From NCBI RefSeq assembly GCF_009914755.1, contig NC_060944.1: 64,000 nt of DNA; one strand, given 5' to 3'. Below the pieces are notes generated by a model. That model saw only the letters and a program-made list of their open reading frames with translations, ran no database searches and had not been told where the DNA came from. The DNA comes from the human T2T-CHM13v2.0 reference genome, Homo sapiens. Below, in pieces: positions 47,978 through 63,468 of this stretch. The translations under genes were made by a program, and so were the position numbers. The first letter of the stretch is position 1. Every line of letters begins with the position of its first letter.

Positions 47978-48049
47978 ATCAGCCCACATTTTCTCAAGCA
48001 CCTTCCTTGAGCCCGGCCAGTCTGAGTTAGTTACCTACCCACCCTGCTT

Positions 48050-48255
48050 TTCTACAGCCCTCTACCCCTCCCGCGGATTGTCATTAGTGTTCATCTTGTT
48101 TTTCTCCCTCATTAGCCTGAGGGGAGGAGCTCCTTAAGGGCAGCAGCTTTGCTCTCATCTCTGAACCCCAGAAAATAACAGTACCTGGGACAAAGTAGGT
48201 GAACAATAAACGTTTGGCTGACTGAATGAATGATGGTATGAATGAATGAATGAGC
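48050..48255 (+). mobile_element. L2 3' end
   Basis: cagtacctgggacaaagtagg...aataaacgtttggctgactgaatgaatga terminus. Confidence 0.65.
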
Positions 48256-48342
48256 GAATAAGCAAGAAATGTTTTAAGTTAATTTCTAAGAACTTTGTGT
48301 ATATAACATTTTAATTTATTTCTGTTTTCTTTCATTTCCTAG

Positions 48343-48481
48343 CACAGCTGAAGGTTTAACAAGAAAAAATATGTCAGATGTCAGTGGGTGGCAAACATTT
48401 TTACAAGCCCTTGACTACTTCCTCAAAATGTTCTTTGGCTCTGCAGCGCTCGGCACTCTCACTGGCTTAATTTCTGCATTA
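48343..48481 (+). CDS. SLC9A8: SLC9A8 exon 9: (N)TAEGLTRKNMSDVSGWQTF...GTLTGLISAL
   Basis: Acceptor tttcctag|; ends at U12 donor TTA|atatcctttt; 139 nt. Confidence 0.95.
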
Positions 48482-50152
48482 ATATCCTTTTAATGTGATG
48501 AACATGCAGGGTTAAAATTATTCCTGATAACTTCTGTCTCTAGCCAGTTTCTCCTGTTTTTTAAGGGGGCCAATTTTAGATGAAGATTTTGCTTAAAGGA
48601 GGATTTTTTTGCTTAGTTTTTGTTTGAGAAACACTCTAACTCAAGGATTTTTTAATCTAACGTGAAATTTAGGATGTCACTTTTCAAAGTTTAAAAAACA
48701 TGTACACTGTTGGATATCAGATGTGATTTTGGGGACCTCTCAGTTCCCAGAGTATGATAACCACACTCCGATGATTTTCGTTTTCTGCCATCTTACTTTT
48801 CACATTTGGAAAACTGGAAATTAATTTTCTTTGAAAATGTCAAATAGACCAGGTGCAGTGGCTCATGCCTGTAATCCCAGCACTTTGAGAGGCTAAGGCC
48901 AGAGGATTGCTTTCGCCCAGGAGTTCAAGACCAGCCTTAGCAATGGAATATAGTGAGACCTCATCTCTAAAAAATACATAAATAAAAATAAAATGCCAAA
49001 TAGAGAAAATTTTTATCCCACTGAAAGTGTTTATCCAGAAGGATTGCAAAAGGGGCTTTCAAAGTGTGTTCCATTGAGTTATTTGCACTGATTTTGTTGT
49101 TTGACAACCAATAAGCTTTTCCAGCTGGAGATGGAAAGAGGCTTGTTAAGGCCAATGTCACCTTTATTGCTGTAGAAATTTCATTATGTTTAAAATAGTA
49201 ACAGGCAGTAGACCACTTCGGTGCGCACCTAAGCCTACGTCTCAGGGAGATGGCCACCTGGCCCGCCTCCACGAGCAGTTTGTGTCACAGATGGCCGGAA
49301 GAGACTCTTTTGCCTGGTTACAGGCATGTTTTTCTGCCATCCTGTTGAATTTTCCCATCAACTCCTTTGTCCAGAAGTCTAAGGGCTCTATTGAGTTGGC
49401 TGACAGCTTCTCATATTGTACCAATAAACAGAATGGAAAAGAAAATTTTTTCCAGTTCAGTATTTTCCTCTATATTTATCTTTTTCTTTAAAAAAAAAAA
49501 GTATCTATCAAAATGAAGTGGAGCAAATGGGTACTGTGAGCTCCAGTATAGGCATTGTGAATGATGTTTCAATATATAGAAGGCTCTCTCCTTTCACAGG
49601 GGCATGAGTTTGGAAATCTCCAGGAATAGGAAATACTGTGCTTCAACAGGGCCTCGAACCTCAGTTTGAACAGCGATTCTCACTAGTTGTCTTTGACTCA
49701 AAACTGATGGGGAAAGCAAGATGGGTAGCATTAGTGATCTCATCCGATGTTGTTGGAGGAGTGGGGGTGATGCCGGCCCTGGGAGGAACCTGGCCAAGTG
49801 AGCTGTCCTTGGTGTGTCTGCAGCCCCAGCTTTGCGCCATGGCCCGGCACATCCCCAGCCCTCTAAGTCAGCGTTTTTAAATGAGTTGACTTAGGTTGAT
49901 TTTCATCTTCCACCACCATTTATCTCCGGAATTTACATTTCTTAGTGTTTTGTCAGATTCCCTTTCTTATAGCAACAGTCTCCCTACAAAGGAAAAAATC
50001 CATAATGACAAATTTCCATTTGTAACCTTGGGACATTCTAAAATCTATATCTGTTGTTTACTTCATATATTTGGAAAGCAGCAGTTTTGTGACTTCTCCA
50101 CATCTCCCATCAACTCTCCCTCGATTCTCCTTCCTTGACAGTTGTCATTTAC
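48482..50152 (+). other. U12-type (minor spliceosome) AT-AC intron of SLC9A8
   Basis: 5'ss ATATCCTTT; branch site TTCCTTGAC at 50131-50139; terminal AC at 50151-50152; splicing joins ISAL|VLKH in frame. Confidence 0.95.
48846..48992 (+). mobile_element. Alu left monomer (FLAM-like) inside the U12 intron
   Basis: Monomer with A-rich tail. Confidence 0.85.
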
Positions 50153-50258
50153 GTGCTGAAGCATATTGACTTGAGGAAAACGCCTTCCTTGGAGTTTGGC
50201 ATGATGATCATTTTTGCTTATCTGCCTTATGGGCTTGCAGAAGGAATCTCACTCTCAG
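50153..50258 (+). CDS. SLC9A8: SLC9A8 exon 10: VLKHIDLRKTPSLEFGMMIIFAYLPYGLAEGISLS(G)
   Basis: AC acceptor; donor CAG|gtaagt; 106 nt. Confidence 0.95.
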
Positions 50259-50324
50259 GTAAGTGACAGAGAGCCTGAAAGTGCTGTGGTGATGGCATCT
50301 TGTCCTGCCTGGGGAAAGAGGCTT

Positions 50325-50470
50325 TGTCAGTTGGGTCACTTTTAGTCACAAGAGACAGTCACAACTCAGAAGAGCTTAAGTAATAAAGGAAATCTATTGG
50401 TTCCCTAGAAACACATCTGGATTTAGGCCTGCCTGGATCCAGGGGCTCAAACAGTCACATTGGTGTCACG
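50325..50470 (-). mobile_element. MLT1-like LTR fragment
   Basis: gcttaag..aaaggaaatctattgg...ctggatccaggggctcaaac motif. Confidence 0.45.
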
Positions 50471-51339
50471 GTCACATTTTCTCTTAACCCGCCTTCTCTC
50501 ATTTAGCCCATCAGTCCTGTGAGGCTCCCTCAGAGGAGGGTAGCCTTGTAGGAGGGAGGTACTGTGAAGGTCCCTGTTTTACTGATGAGAAAACTGAGGT
50601 TGAGTGAGATTAAGTAAATTACTCAAGGTCACAGCTGGGATTGGTGGAACAACGATTCAAACTAGTTGTCTTGGAGTCAAGAACTAGTGCTTAGAACCCT
50701 CTAATACAACTCCCTCCAAAACAGATCATCATGAAACCATGTACTCAGTGCTACATAGAGGGACAAGCAAAGTGTGGTGGTGGCGTAATGTTGGGCGTTT
50801 ATTGGACACACTTTACCAGTATTCAGTTTTTTTATGCTGATACCAGCCCTGTGAAGTAGGTACTAAGAGGTTGTCATTAGCCCAAAGCTGCACTGCACAA
50901 GCAGTGGTGGTAGTGAGATTGACAGTGGAGGCCCAGAGCCTTTTCCCTGCACCCCATTGGAGGAGGGCACACAGCTCTCAGCAGCAGAGACGACTCTGAT
51001 GCGGCCCTAGAAGATGATGCTCACCAGCTGGAGGAGGGGTGGCCACTCACAGCGTAATGATCTTGGAGCCGTCACCTGGTAATCACTCAGCAGCCCAATC
51101 AGGCTTGGCTTAGTTGGGCTTTCTGCCTACAAGTGGCAGTCAAGCTTGCGTCCACAGCTTGTTACGTTGTAAGGATGTTGACCTGAAAATGGAGCGTGAC
51201 TCACCCCTGTTCCTGTGTGAGGGGGCAGCCAGTTGGGAAGGGCTCTGCCCTGGAAGTCTGATCCCATCCTTTGAGTGAAGGCCCTTCAGAGGCCTTGTTC
51301 TGGAAAGGAGGCACTATTGCAGGGATGTTTTGATCTGTG

Positions 51340-51353
51340 CCACAAGATGGCAG
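51340..51353 (+). promoter_or_regulatory. Candidate CTCF/YY1 site
   Basis: CCACAAGATGGCAG matches 13/14 of the CTCF core and contains AAGATGGC; motif only. Confidence 0.35.
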
Positions 51354-51359
51354 AGATTT

Positions 51360-53200
51360 TCTTTTTTATTAACTTCGTTGAGGTATAATTTACACACAAT
51401 ACATGGACCCGTTCTAAGTATATAGTTCCATGAATTTTTGCAAATGTGGACAGTCATAACTACCCCCACAGTCGAGGTGTGGCATATTCTTATCGCCCAG
51501 TGTGGCTCCCCTGTGCCCTTCTGCAGTCAGTCCACCTGCCTGTCCTCAGCCCTGGCACCCACTGATCCTGCACTGTCATTGTAGTTTAAATGAAATCATG
51601 TGGTACGTAGTCTTTTGTGTCTCCTCTCTTTCAGTTACGTTTTTGAGAGACATCCGTGTTTTTGCGTGTGGCAGTAGTTTATCGTTCTTATTGCACCACA
51701 GTTTGTCTGTTCATCATTTGAAGGGCATTTGGGGTTTTCCAGATTTGGGCTAAGAACAGTGTGCATGTGTTTTCATTTATCTTGGGTAAATACCTAGGAT
51801 TAAGGCTGCTGGGTCATATGGTAAGTACATTTTTACTTTTTTAGAAACTGCCTAGTGTTTTTCGAAGTAACTGTATCATTTTACATTCCTCAGAATGTAT
51901 GAGAGAGTGCCAGTTGCTTCATATTGCCACCACACTTATTTTAATTTAAAAAAGTTTAGCTGTCCTGATAGGTGTGTAGCAACTGCATTTAGATGTGCTT
52001 TGGTGTGGTTATTTTTATATTCGCCTTGGGTTCATTGAGTTTTTTGGGTTTATAGTTTATATGAGTTTATAGCTTTCATCAAATTTGGTAAGCTTTTGCC
52101 CATTTCTTTATCAATATTTTTTTGTTCCGCCTTCCTCTTCCCCTTGAGACTTCAGTTTACTCCAGTTATGAGAGGTAGCATGCTATTGGCCCACAATATG
52201 CTTTGCCTTTTTTTCTTTTTTTCCCTATGTGCTTAATTTTGGTTATTTCCTGTTGCCGTATCTTCAAAGTCACTGATCTTCTGCCATGTGGAATCTCCTG
52301 CTAATCCTACCCAGCGTATTTCTCATTTACATATTTTATAATTCATCTACAGCAGATCCCTTTAGGTTATTTTCATTTCTTCCATTTCTCTCTTCATCAT
52401 GTTCATGTTTTCTTCTATATTCTGGAGCATATGAAACATAGAAATTTCTGATAGCTGTTTTAATGTCCTTGTTTGCTAATTCCGTCATCTCTGTCAACTC
52501 TAGGTCTGTTTTGTTGTTGATTTTTCTTGTGCTTATAGGTCACATTTTCTTGCTCTTTGCTTGTTATTAAGTTTTGATTGGATGTCAGTCATTGTGAAGT
52601 TTTATGTTGTTGAGCACAAGATTTTATTGTATTCCTTTACGGAGTTCTGGACTTTTCTTTTAAAAACAATTTTTTTTGTGTGTGTGTGTTATTTCTGGAC
52701 TTTTCTTCTGGCACGTATCTAAGTCTCTTGACATCAGTTTAATCCTTCTTGAGGCTTACATTTAAACTTTTTTAGGGCTGGTGCAGAGTAGCAGGGCCCT
52801 AACTAAGGTGTCTCAGGTACCGTGAGCTCACTCCACTCTGGCTGGTGGGAACGCAAACTATTCCCACCCATGTCAGCTTCTGGAATTGTTCAGCCTACTT
52901 CTTTTTAATGGTTCTTTCCCCAGCTTCTTGTTTCATCCGACATATTTACTGATCAGTATCAGTCAAAGACTCAAGGGGACTTTACAGTAGATGTCCAAGA
53001 GCTCTCTTTCTGTGCAGCTTCCCCGACTCAACAGGACAGCCCTCTTAAAGCCTCAGCCTCAGGCAGTCAGCTCAGCAGGGGGCCTAGGGAAAGAGTGGCC
53101 ACCTTTGTCTCCCTTCCAGCAGGAATCACAGTCCTACCCTATCTTTTGTCCCATGTCAGAAAATAGTTTTGTTTCATATCTTGTATCAGGTTTTCTAGTT
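51360..53200 (-). mobile_element. L1M fragments (3' end plus older internal piece)
   Basis: gggtaaatacctaggat...gctgggtcatatggtaag; T-rich antisense L1-like composition. Confidence 0.6.
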
Positions 53201-54627
53201 ATGTAGAGCAGGACAGTGTTCTGTGTAGCAGTAATTTCTTCAGACGCAAAGCTGAAGGCCCAGTGGTCTCTAGTGACTCAGTTGACAGAACTTTTCTACC
53301 CAGTCGCTATCCGGAGTCACACTTGGGTGCTGCATGAGCAGCACAAGGAGGAAGCAGAGTGGACTCACCATTTTCAGGGTTTTGTTTTTCATCGCAGACC
53401 AGTTCACCAGGGTAATTCCATCCTGGTGTCTGCCATGAGGTTCCCTTTCTTTACTGAATGTTGGCACTTACAAAAACGTTACCTGTGAGTCATTCGGCTC
53501 TAGCCTAGCTATTTTTACATCTGTTTTTCTAAATTGTTCCTCTACCCCCTTGAGAAGATCATTGAGTACCTGTTGGCAAAGATGTGTTTCATGCATCTGT
53601 TTGGAATCTGTGATTAAAATAAGGGAGTGTTTTTCTTACCTTCTTTTCAGACTGGCAGTGTTTCCTGTTGAGAGGGGTTTCATTTCCTTAGGGACCTTGC
53701 TCCACACACAGCAGTGCAAGCCAGGAACACCAGATCTGCCTCTGGGTGAGGGAACCTGCTCTGTCCGCACTTTGCCTTTTGGGTATTTGTCACGCAGGGT
53801 TTTCAGAGAGGGGCAGGATGGCCCTGTGTGGTGTGTGGACGCCCCACATTGCACTGTGAAAGCACAGATGGAAAGGGTGGTTTCTGCTGTCTTCACCTTC
53901 CTTTGTGTGCTCCCCTTTTCCTGACTATCACAAAGGACTGATCTCAAGTGGTTCCCAAGACCATGGAGCAGGACATTCTCTTCCTAGGAAGTGGGAATTA
54001 TTTACCTAAATCCACATGTAGGGAACACAGTTGCTAAGGACTGGGGCTGGATAACAGACAGACTTGGATTTGAATCCCAGCTCCACCTCTTATTGGCTGT
54101 GTAACCTCAGATTACAGACTTAACCACCCCATGCTCTACTTCCTCATTATAAAATAGACAAAAGGGCCAGCCTGACGCCTTTGCTGAGGAGTAGGGAGCG
54201 ATGCAAGTGAGAGTCCTGATGGGGCATCTGTGCCACTGCTGGGGTGGCCAGAAGTCCTGGTTTGCCCTCTGTCTCAATATGATGAATTAATAATATCCCC
54301 GTTTATTCTAAAAAATGTCCTGGTATCCACAGCAAATCAAACAGTCTCCCTAATTATAACTCAGCAAGCGTTAGCTATTCTCAGAATATTTGTTCTGACT
54401 GTATCCATGTTAACTATTTTTATTGTTCAGTCAAGCCAGTTTTGAGGGCCACTTTGGCCTCTGACACTAAAGATTCAAAGATGAATAGACCCCACTTAGG
54501 CAGAGCAGTTAGCGAACACTGGGCTTGCAGGGGATGGGAGAGAGTGACACTCTGTCAAGGTGAGTCACAGAGGAGGGGACTTTGGGCTTGAAGGATGAGT
54601 TTGCAAGATTAATCATGAGATAACACT

Positions 54628-54935
54628 TTCTTTCTTTCTTTCTTTCTTTTTGAGGCAGAGTTTTGCTCTGTAGCCCAGTCTGGAGTGCAGTGGTGCCATC
54701 TCGGCTCACTGCGACCTCTGCCTCCCAGGTTCAAGCAATTCTCTGCCTCAGCCTTCCGAGTAGCTGGGATTACAGGTGCCCACCACCACGCCCGACTAAT
54801 TTTTTTTTTGTATTTTTAGTAGAGACAGGGTTTCACCATCTTGGCCAGGCTGATCTTGAACTCCTGACCTCGTGATCTGTCCGCCTCGGCCTCCCAAAGT
54901 GCTGGGATTACAGGCGTGAGCCACCGCGCCCGGCC
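54628..54935 (-). mobile_element. Alu
   Basis: TSD ataacactttctt. Confidence 0.92.
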
Positions 54936-54965
54936 AACATAACACTTTCTTAAGATGTTGGCATG

Positions 54966-55383
<418 letters not shown>

Positions 55384-55544
55384 CTATATGTTCATCAGTA
55401 ATGGAAAAGATCAAATTCCAGTCCATTTGCACTATGGAATCCTGTGCAGCTACTTAAAAAATGAACTTGACCTGTCTGTACTGCCATGGAAAGAATTTGA
55501 CATATTGTTAAATTTTTTAAAAGTAAGTTGAAAAATCAAACTCT

Positions 55545-55935
55545 CGCCCATTCAAGAAATACTTATTAAATGTCCACCCTATGCTGAGAACTATCCTTGC
55601 TGTTGGGGCTACATTTATAAACAACACAAGATCAGTTTCCTTTTCTTGCAGAAGAAAGCCAGAATTTAAGCAAACCCATACAACAATTCCAGGTGGCAAG
55701 AAATGACAAGAAGAGAAATTAAAGCCATGTGACAGAGAGTGGCATGTGGTAGAGAATGGATGGGATCTCAGGCAGTCAGGGAGGTCTCCCCTGGAGGTGG
55801 CACTGGAGCCCAGACCTGTGTGGCGAGAGGAGCCAGCCCAGGGACGCTCTAGGGAAGGAGGGTTTTGGCAGCAGGAACTGCAGGAGCCAGGGGTCTGAAG
55901 ATAGATGTGCGGGAGTGTGGCATGCTCCAGGAAGA
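55545..55935 (-). mobile_element. L2 fragment
   Basis: cattcaagaaatacttattaaatgtcc...; similar L2 pieces near 34250-34830 and 46220-47100. Confidence 0.5.
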
Positions 55936-56099
55936 GAAGGAAGACCAGTGTGGCCAGGACGCTGCCTCACAGGTTCTGCAGGCCTGAGAAGGAGCTGGGT
56001 TTCTAGTATATGCACCACGACAAGAGAGTTGGAAGCCCTTGAAAAAAAATCACTCTGCTGGTAATAGGCACCATATATGTGATAGGATCCTGTTTATTA

Positions 56100-56446
<347 letters not shown>

Positions 56447-57374
56447 TAAAAGAACTGGCAGTCTGCATATTGAAGTGTTAATAGTAGTTAAGAGTAGTTA
56501 CGTCTGAGCGGGCAGTATGAATAGATTGTCTTTTACTCTGTACCTCAGTGAGTCTGAATGTTTTATGGCAAAATATGTTTATTATTGAGTAATTAACACA
56601 GCGTACTCATTACGGTTTCACTCAGCCCTCAAGAAGTATGTTATATTTTACATACAGTAAGGCACGGTACAGTGTAAATTGTACCATGATACCTTTTCAC
56701 TGCCTTTTGGACTTGAATCCCATACTGTCTTCTTTTATTACATCTAGAACAGTGGATGTAACCATAAACAGAAGTGGATTTCCTCTCTCCCTTTCTTTTC
56801 TGCCATTCTTCCTTCAGGAGGCTGAACGCTTTTGCTGCATTTGCTTTCTTAAACGATTTTGCCTAATTCTTAAAGGAAATTCTTCCTTAAGCGTATTTTT
56901 TCAAATACCATGCCTTTTACCTCACTTAAAAAAGTTATCCTGGTTTGCACCAACCCCCGCTTTTGTGTTTCTGTAGCCTGCTCCACTGGCCGCAGATGAG
57001 GGTGATGTGGGTGGTGGAGAGTCCCCTTTGCTTCTGGAGGGCATATGAGGCAGATACTTGAGCCATCCCTCTGGCTTTTGTGCCTGCTGCTGACCCTCTT
57101 TCCTTTCGCCTAGAACTCAAGGTGCCCTGACCCCACACTAGCCCAGGGTAAAGCCCTCTGGGATTGTCCAGATGGCCCAGTGCCAACAGTGGGTCAGGTG
57201 CACAGGTGGCAGCTGTGGTCCAGTCTCAGCCCCCAGACAGGGCTTACTTATCCATATAGAAAAATCCAAAATGTTTGAATTTGTTGCCATCCTTAAAGAT
57301 GGAGATTTCCTGTAAGGAAAACCAGAAGGAAGACTGGTCCATGTTAGATCCTCAATCCCACAGGGCTACCGTCA

Positions 57375-57553
<179 letters not shown>

Positions 57554-57870
57554 CACTCTTGAGCTTCAAAGAGCCCTAAAGGAGCAGGTAAAGAAGTCTC
57601 CTACCCTCTCATTTTCCTTCGCCCACCATGTCAGGTGTGTCTTACAGGAAGCATGGCTGGAATCTCCCTGTAGGGGAAACTGAAGAGCAAAGGCATTTGC
57701 TGTTTCCTAAGAGGGTTAGGAGATCAAATGTCCAGCTCCTGCTGTCACTCAGCCAGCCCATACCTGCTGGGGCAATACAAAAAAGTAGGTTTCCTATATT
57801 TTGTAGGGTATTGTGTTACAGTAAGCTTAGCAGTTGACAAGTCTGTAATACAGTGCTGTGATTTTCACCC

Positions 57871-58195
57871 TTTTTTTTTTTTACAGTTTTTTGTTTGTTT
57901 GTTTGTTTGTTTTTGAGACAGAGTCTTGCTCTGTCACCCAGGCTGGAGTGCAGTGCCGCAATCTCGGCTCACTGCATCCTCCACCCCTCCAGGTTTAAGC
58001 AGTTCTCTGCCTCAGCCTCCAGAGTAGCTGGGATTACAGGCGTGTGCCACCATGCCCAGCTAATTTTTTGTATTTTTAGTAGAGACGGGGTTTCACCATC
58101 TTGACCAGGCTGGTCTTGAATTCCTGACCTCGTGATTCACCCGCCTCGGCCTCCCAAAGTGCTGGGATTACAGGCATGAGCCACCGCGCCCGGCC
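57871..58195 (-). mobile_element. Alu
   Basis: TSD gattttcacccttt. Confidence 0.92.
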
Positions 58196-58523
58196 GATTT
58201 TCACCCTTTTATACATGGAAAGTTTGCCAGATAGTCACTGTTTCCACAAAATGGCAGAAGTGAATTAAAACTTTGCTTTTAAAGTTTGACTTGCAATTAG
58301 TATATCTTGGCAGCTTATTTGATGATTTTTTAAGACAATCTCAGCTTCCTTACATGAAATAGAGACCCCTTTCCTGCTCCCTATGCAGGGAGATGCTGAG
58401 AAGAGACCTGTGAGTTCCTCAGGAGTGACTGAGGGCAGCGGACGAATGTCGAGGCTCAAATCCTGTGTAAGCACAGAAGGTTGTACACACCCTCGTGCAG
58501 GGCTCTGAAGAAAAGATGCATTA

Positions 58524-59206
<683 letters not shown>

Positions 59207-59280
59207 AATCCACACATTCTCCATACACAGATTCTTAGGCTCCTTTCTGCCCCCCAGAGTGGTTTGCTTGCCACCCTTAT

Positions 59281-59735
<455 letters not shown>

Positions 59736-60110
59736 CTATCCCTGGATGTCAGTGATGGTCCACACCTTTTTAGCTTTGGTGCTGTGAAGGGGACTTTACA
59801 TGGCTTATTTTCACTCACCCTCCTAACAGTTCTGTGAGTGGCTACTATTAGTCCCACTGTACAGAAGCGGAAACTGAGGCTCTGATGGGGGATGTAATGT
59901 GGCTCAAGGTCACCCAGCTAGTAATGAGGCTGCCAGAGCGAAGGGACCCATAGTATTTTTTCTGAAGCCTCTGGGAGGCTTCAGGAATTCATTTATTTTC
60001 CTTTTTCTTAAACCCTCTAATGCTCTAGGCCCCAGGGCCTTGCAGGCATTGTGAGATCTGAGTTGGGGATCACACGGCAGTGCTTTCTGTTCTGTTCTCT
60101 CCCTCTCTAG

Positions 60111-60227
60111 GCATCATGGCCATCCTGTTCTCAGGCATCGTGATGTCCCACTACACGCACCATAACCTCTCCCCAGTCACCCAGATCCTCATGCAGCAGA
60201 CCCTCCGCACCGTGGCCTTCTTATGTG
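60111..60227 (+). CDS. SLC9A8: SLC9A8 exon 11: GIMAILFSGIVMSHYTHHNLSPVTQILMQQTLRTVAFLC(E)
   Basis: Acceptor ctctctag|, donor TGTG|gtgagt; 117 nt. Confidence 0.97.
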
Positions 60228-60963
60228 GTGAGTTCTGCTTCTGTGTGGCCGTGAGCAGGCCCACCCAGAGCTGATCTTGCTTCCTTATCCTGTTTGAGAA
60301 GTCAGTTGAGACTTTCCCTGGCAGCAGGGCAGCAGCTCCTCAGAGCCAGATCCCTCACTCCCTTATCTTTTGTTTGTTCCTCTGGCTTTGAAATTTCATA
60401 AAGTAAACCAAACACCTAATAAATGAACATCTGGCGCCTACAATTTAAAGACCAAAAATAGTGAGAACCAATTATGAACATTTGATACATGCATTTTTAA
60501 TGTATTAATGTGACATTTCCAAAAATGTATTCCTTGGAAATAAAATATTAATGATGGTTTGGTGAAAATGGCTCCATAGTCAAGCAAGGCATGGGGCTCA
60601 CACCTGTAATCCCAACTGCTTGGGAGACTGAGAGGATCACTTGAGCCCAGGAGTTCAAGGCTGCAGTGGGCTATGATCTTAAAAAAAAAAAAAAAAAGAA
60701 AGAAAGAAAAACAAAGCTTTTGTAGTCAAACAAGAGTTTAGGAAATCCTGGTTAAATAAAGTTTAACATTTATGAATTGCCAGACTTTTCAGCAAATAAT
60801 GGATTGTCAAATCCTTAACGGGGGATATAGTTATAGAATTTTCCAAACTTGTCCACAGAATCCTTTATTCACAAGAGCAGCCTGAGGGACATCACTCGGG
60901 GACAGTTCGCAGTAGAGGTGTCATTTGTTGGGCTGGGATAAACCACGATGGCTTTGTCTTTAA

Positions 60964-61444
<481 letters not shown>

Positions 61445-62411
61445 ACTTGTCTCATTTTTAATTGCTACTTCCACACTGTTAGCGTGCTAGGAGGCAAAGG
61501 CAACCCAGGCAGAAACTTCAGCAGATAAGGAGGCTCAGGTGAGGAGTAGTCACATGACTTGCCCATGGTCTCATGGCCAAGAAGTGGGTATGCAGGCCAG
61601 GTCTCTTTATTCCTGGGCCAGAGGGTATTATTTGTACAGCACCTCTCTCAGAAAGCCAGGCTACAGATTCTGACCCTGAGCCTCCCAGTTAAAGACACAT
61701 AAAGCAAATCGTCCATCCAAAAAGATTCTATTTTGTACCCAGCAGTTTGGCAAATGTTAAGTTTGATAATACCCACTTCTGGCCTTGGCGTGTGGAAAAC
61801 AGGCCTACTGGAATCTTTTCTGGAGAGTCATTTGCCACGTCTGTCTGAATTTAAAAGGCACGTGCTCTTTGGCCCAACAGTCCAACCCTGTGGAATTTAG
61901 CCCATACTGGGGTGTTTGTTGAACCTCTCAGAAATAAAAACAGTCTAAATATCCATCCATAGAGGATTGGGCATTAGAAAAATTGTCGAATTTTGACAAT
62001 TTGTCAAATGTGACAGAAAAACTGTCAAATTTCTCTGCAAATAAACATTATCCCGCCAAGGGAAGATGATAAACACAATTCTGCCTGTTTACTGAACACC
62101 TTCATTAGCAAGGGTCCCAACTGTGGCAAAGTGGCAGAAATTCAGAGCAAATGGATACCGTGATGTATCCAGATCCTGGAGTTGATGCTGCCAGGGAAAA
62201 GCATCCACTAGATCTGAATGTCTTCTAAATGTGCTCATTTGGAAAGATCACACAAATATTAGATAAGAAAAAAATTTCAGAGAGAGAAGGGGGGGTAAAT
62301 TCTCCAGCTTGTGGACTTGTTTTAAACTTGGGTACCATTCAAAGGAAAAACATTGTTAGAATGTAAAACAGCCTTGCTGTTTGTGATCAACTATTTTAAA
62401 ATACAGTTTTA

Positions 62412-62708
<297 letters not shown>

Positions 62709-63385
62709 TATATACAGTTTTAATCTCTTTAGTCATTATGCTGTTCTGAGGGCCATCACAGTTTAAGCAGAGAGCCTAGTGTTAGAAATTTATAGGGTGC
62801 TTTTTCTTAATATATACAAGTTTGTGTGACAGAGAGTAAATATTGGGCTCTTTTTGGCTCACAGAGTGGAGCCAGGAGTTAGCAATGAGTCTCACTCTGC
62901 AAATCCTGCTGGGTGTGAGCTGTGTTCTAAACCTTGTGGCAGTGTTAAATATATTAAGCTAATCATGTGGAAGTTAACCAGAGGCCCCTTCACATTTGTC
63001 ATGTGGCGTCTGCAGTCATTTGCTCTGAATTTTTGCCACTTTGCCGCAGTTGGGGCCCTTGCTAATGACAGTGTTCAGCAGATTGACAGATTCTTGTGTT
63101 TATCATCTTCCCTGGGTGGGATCGTGTTTATTTGCAGAAGTATTTGACAGTTGACTCATTACATTAAGAGATTTCTGAATACCAGGGACATGTAGCTTAT
63201 GTAATAGAAAAGAATGAGAGAATTTAAGCACAAGTTTGACCAAGATATTGGCTGCAGGATTTTCAAGAAAATAAGGAAAGTGTTGTATTGGATTCTGACT
63301 GTGAATGTTTGCTTGCTTAATAGTTTAGTACCATATTGGAATGAAATCATTGGGGTTGAATAATCCATTCTTTGGTTTGTTTCAG

Positions 63386-63468
63386 AAACATGTGTGTTTG
63401 CATTTCTTGGCCTGTCCATTTTTAGTTTTCCTCACAAGTTTGAAATTTCCTTTGTCATCTGGTGCATA
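63386..63468 (+). CDS. SLC9A8: SLC9A8 exon 12: ETCVFAFLGLSIFSFPHKFEISFVIWCI
   Basis: Acceptor gtttcag|, donor ATA|gtaagt; 83 nt; gene continues beyond the window. Confidence 0.96.

Noticed and set aside
53274-53492. Two perfect AP-1 sites (TGACTCA/TGAGTCA)
   Set aside because: 7-mers occur several times by chance in 64 kb; insufficient alone
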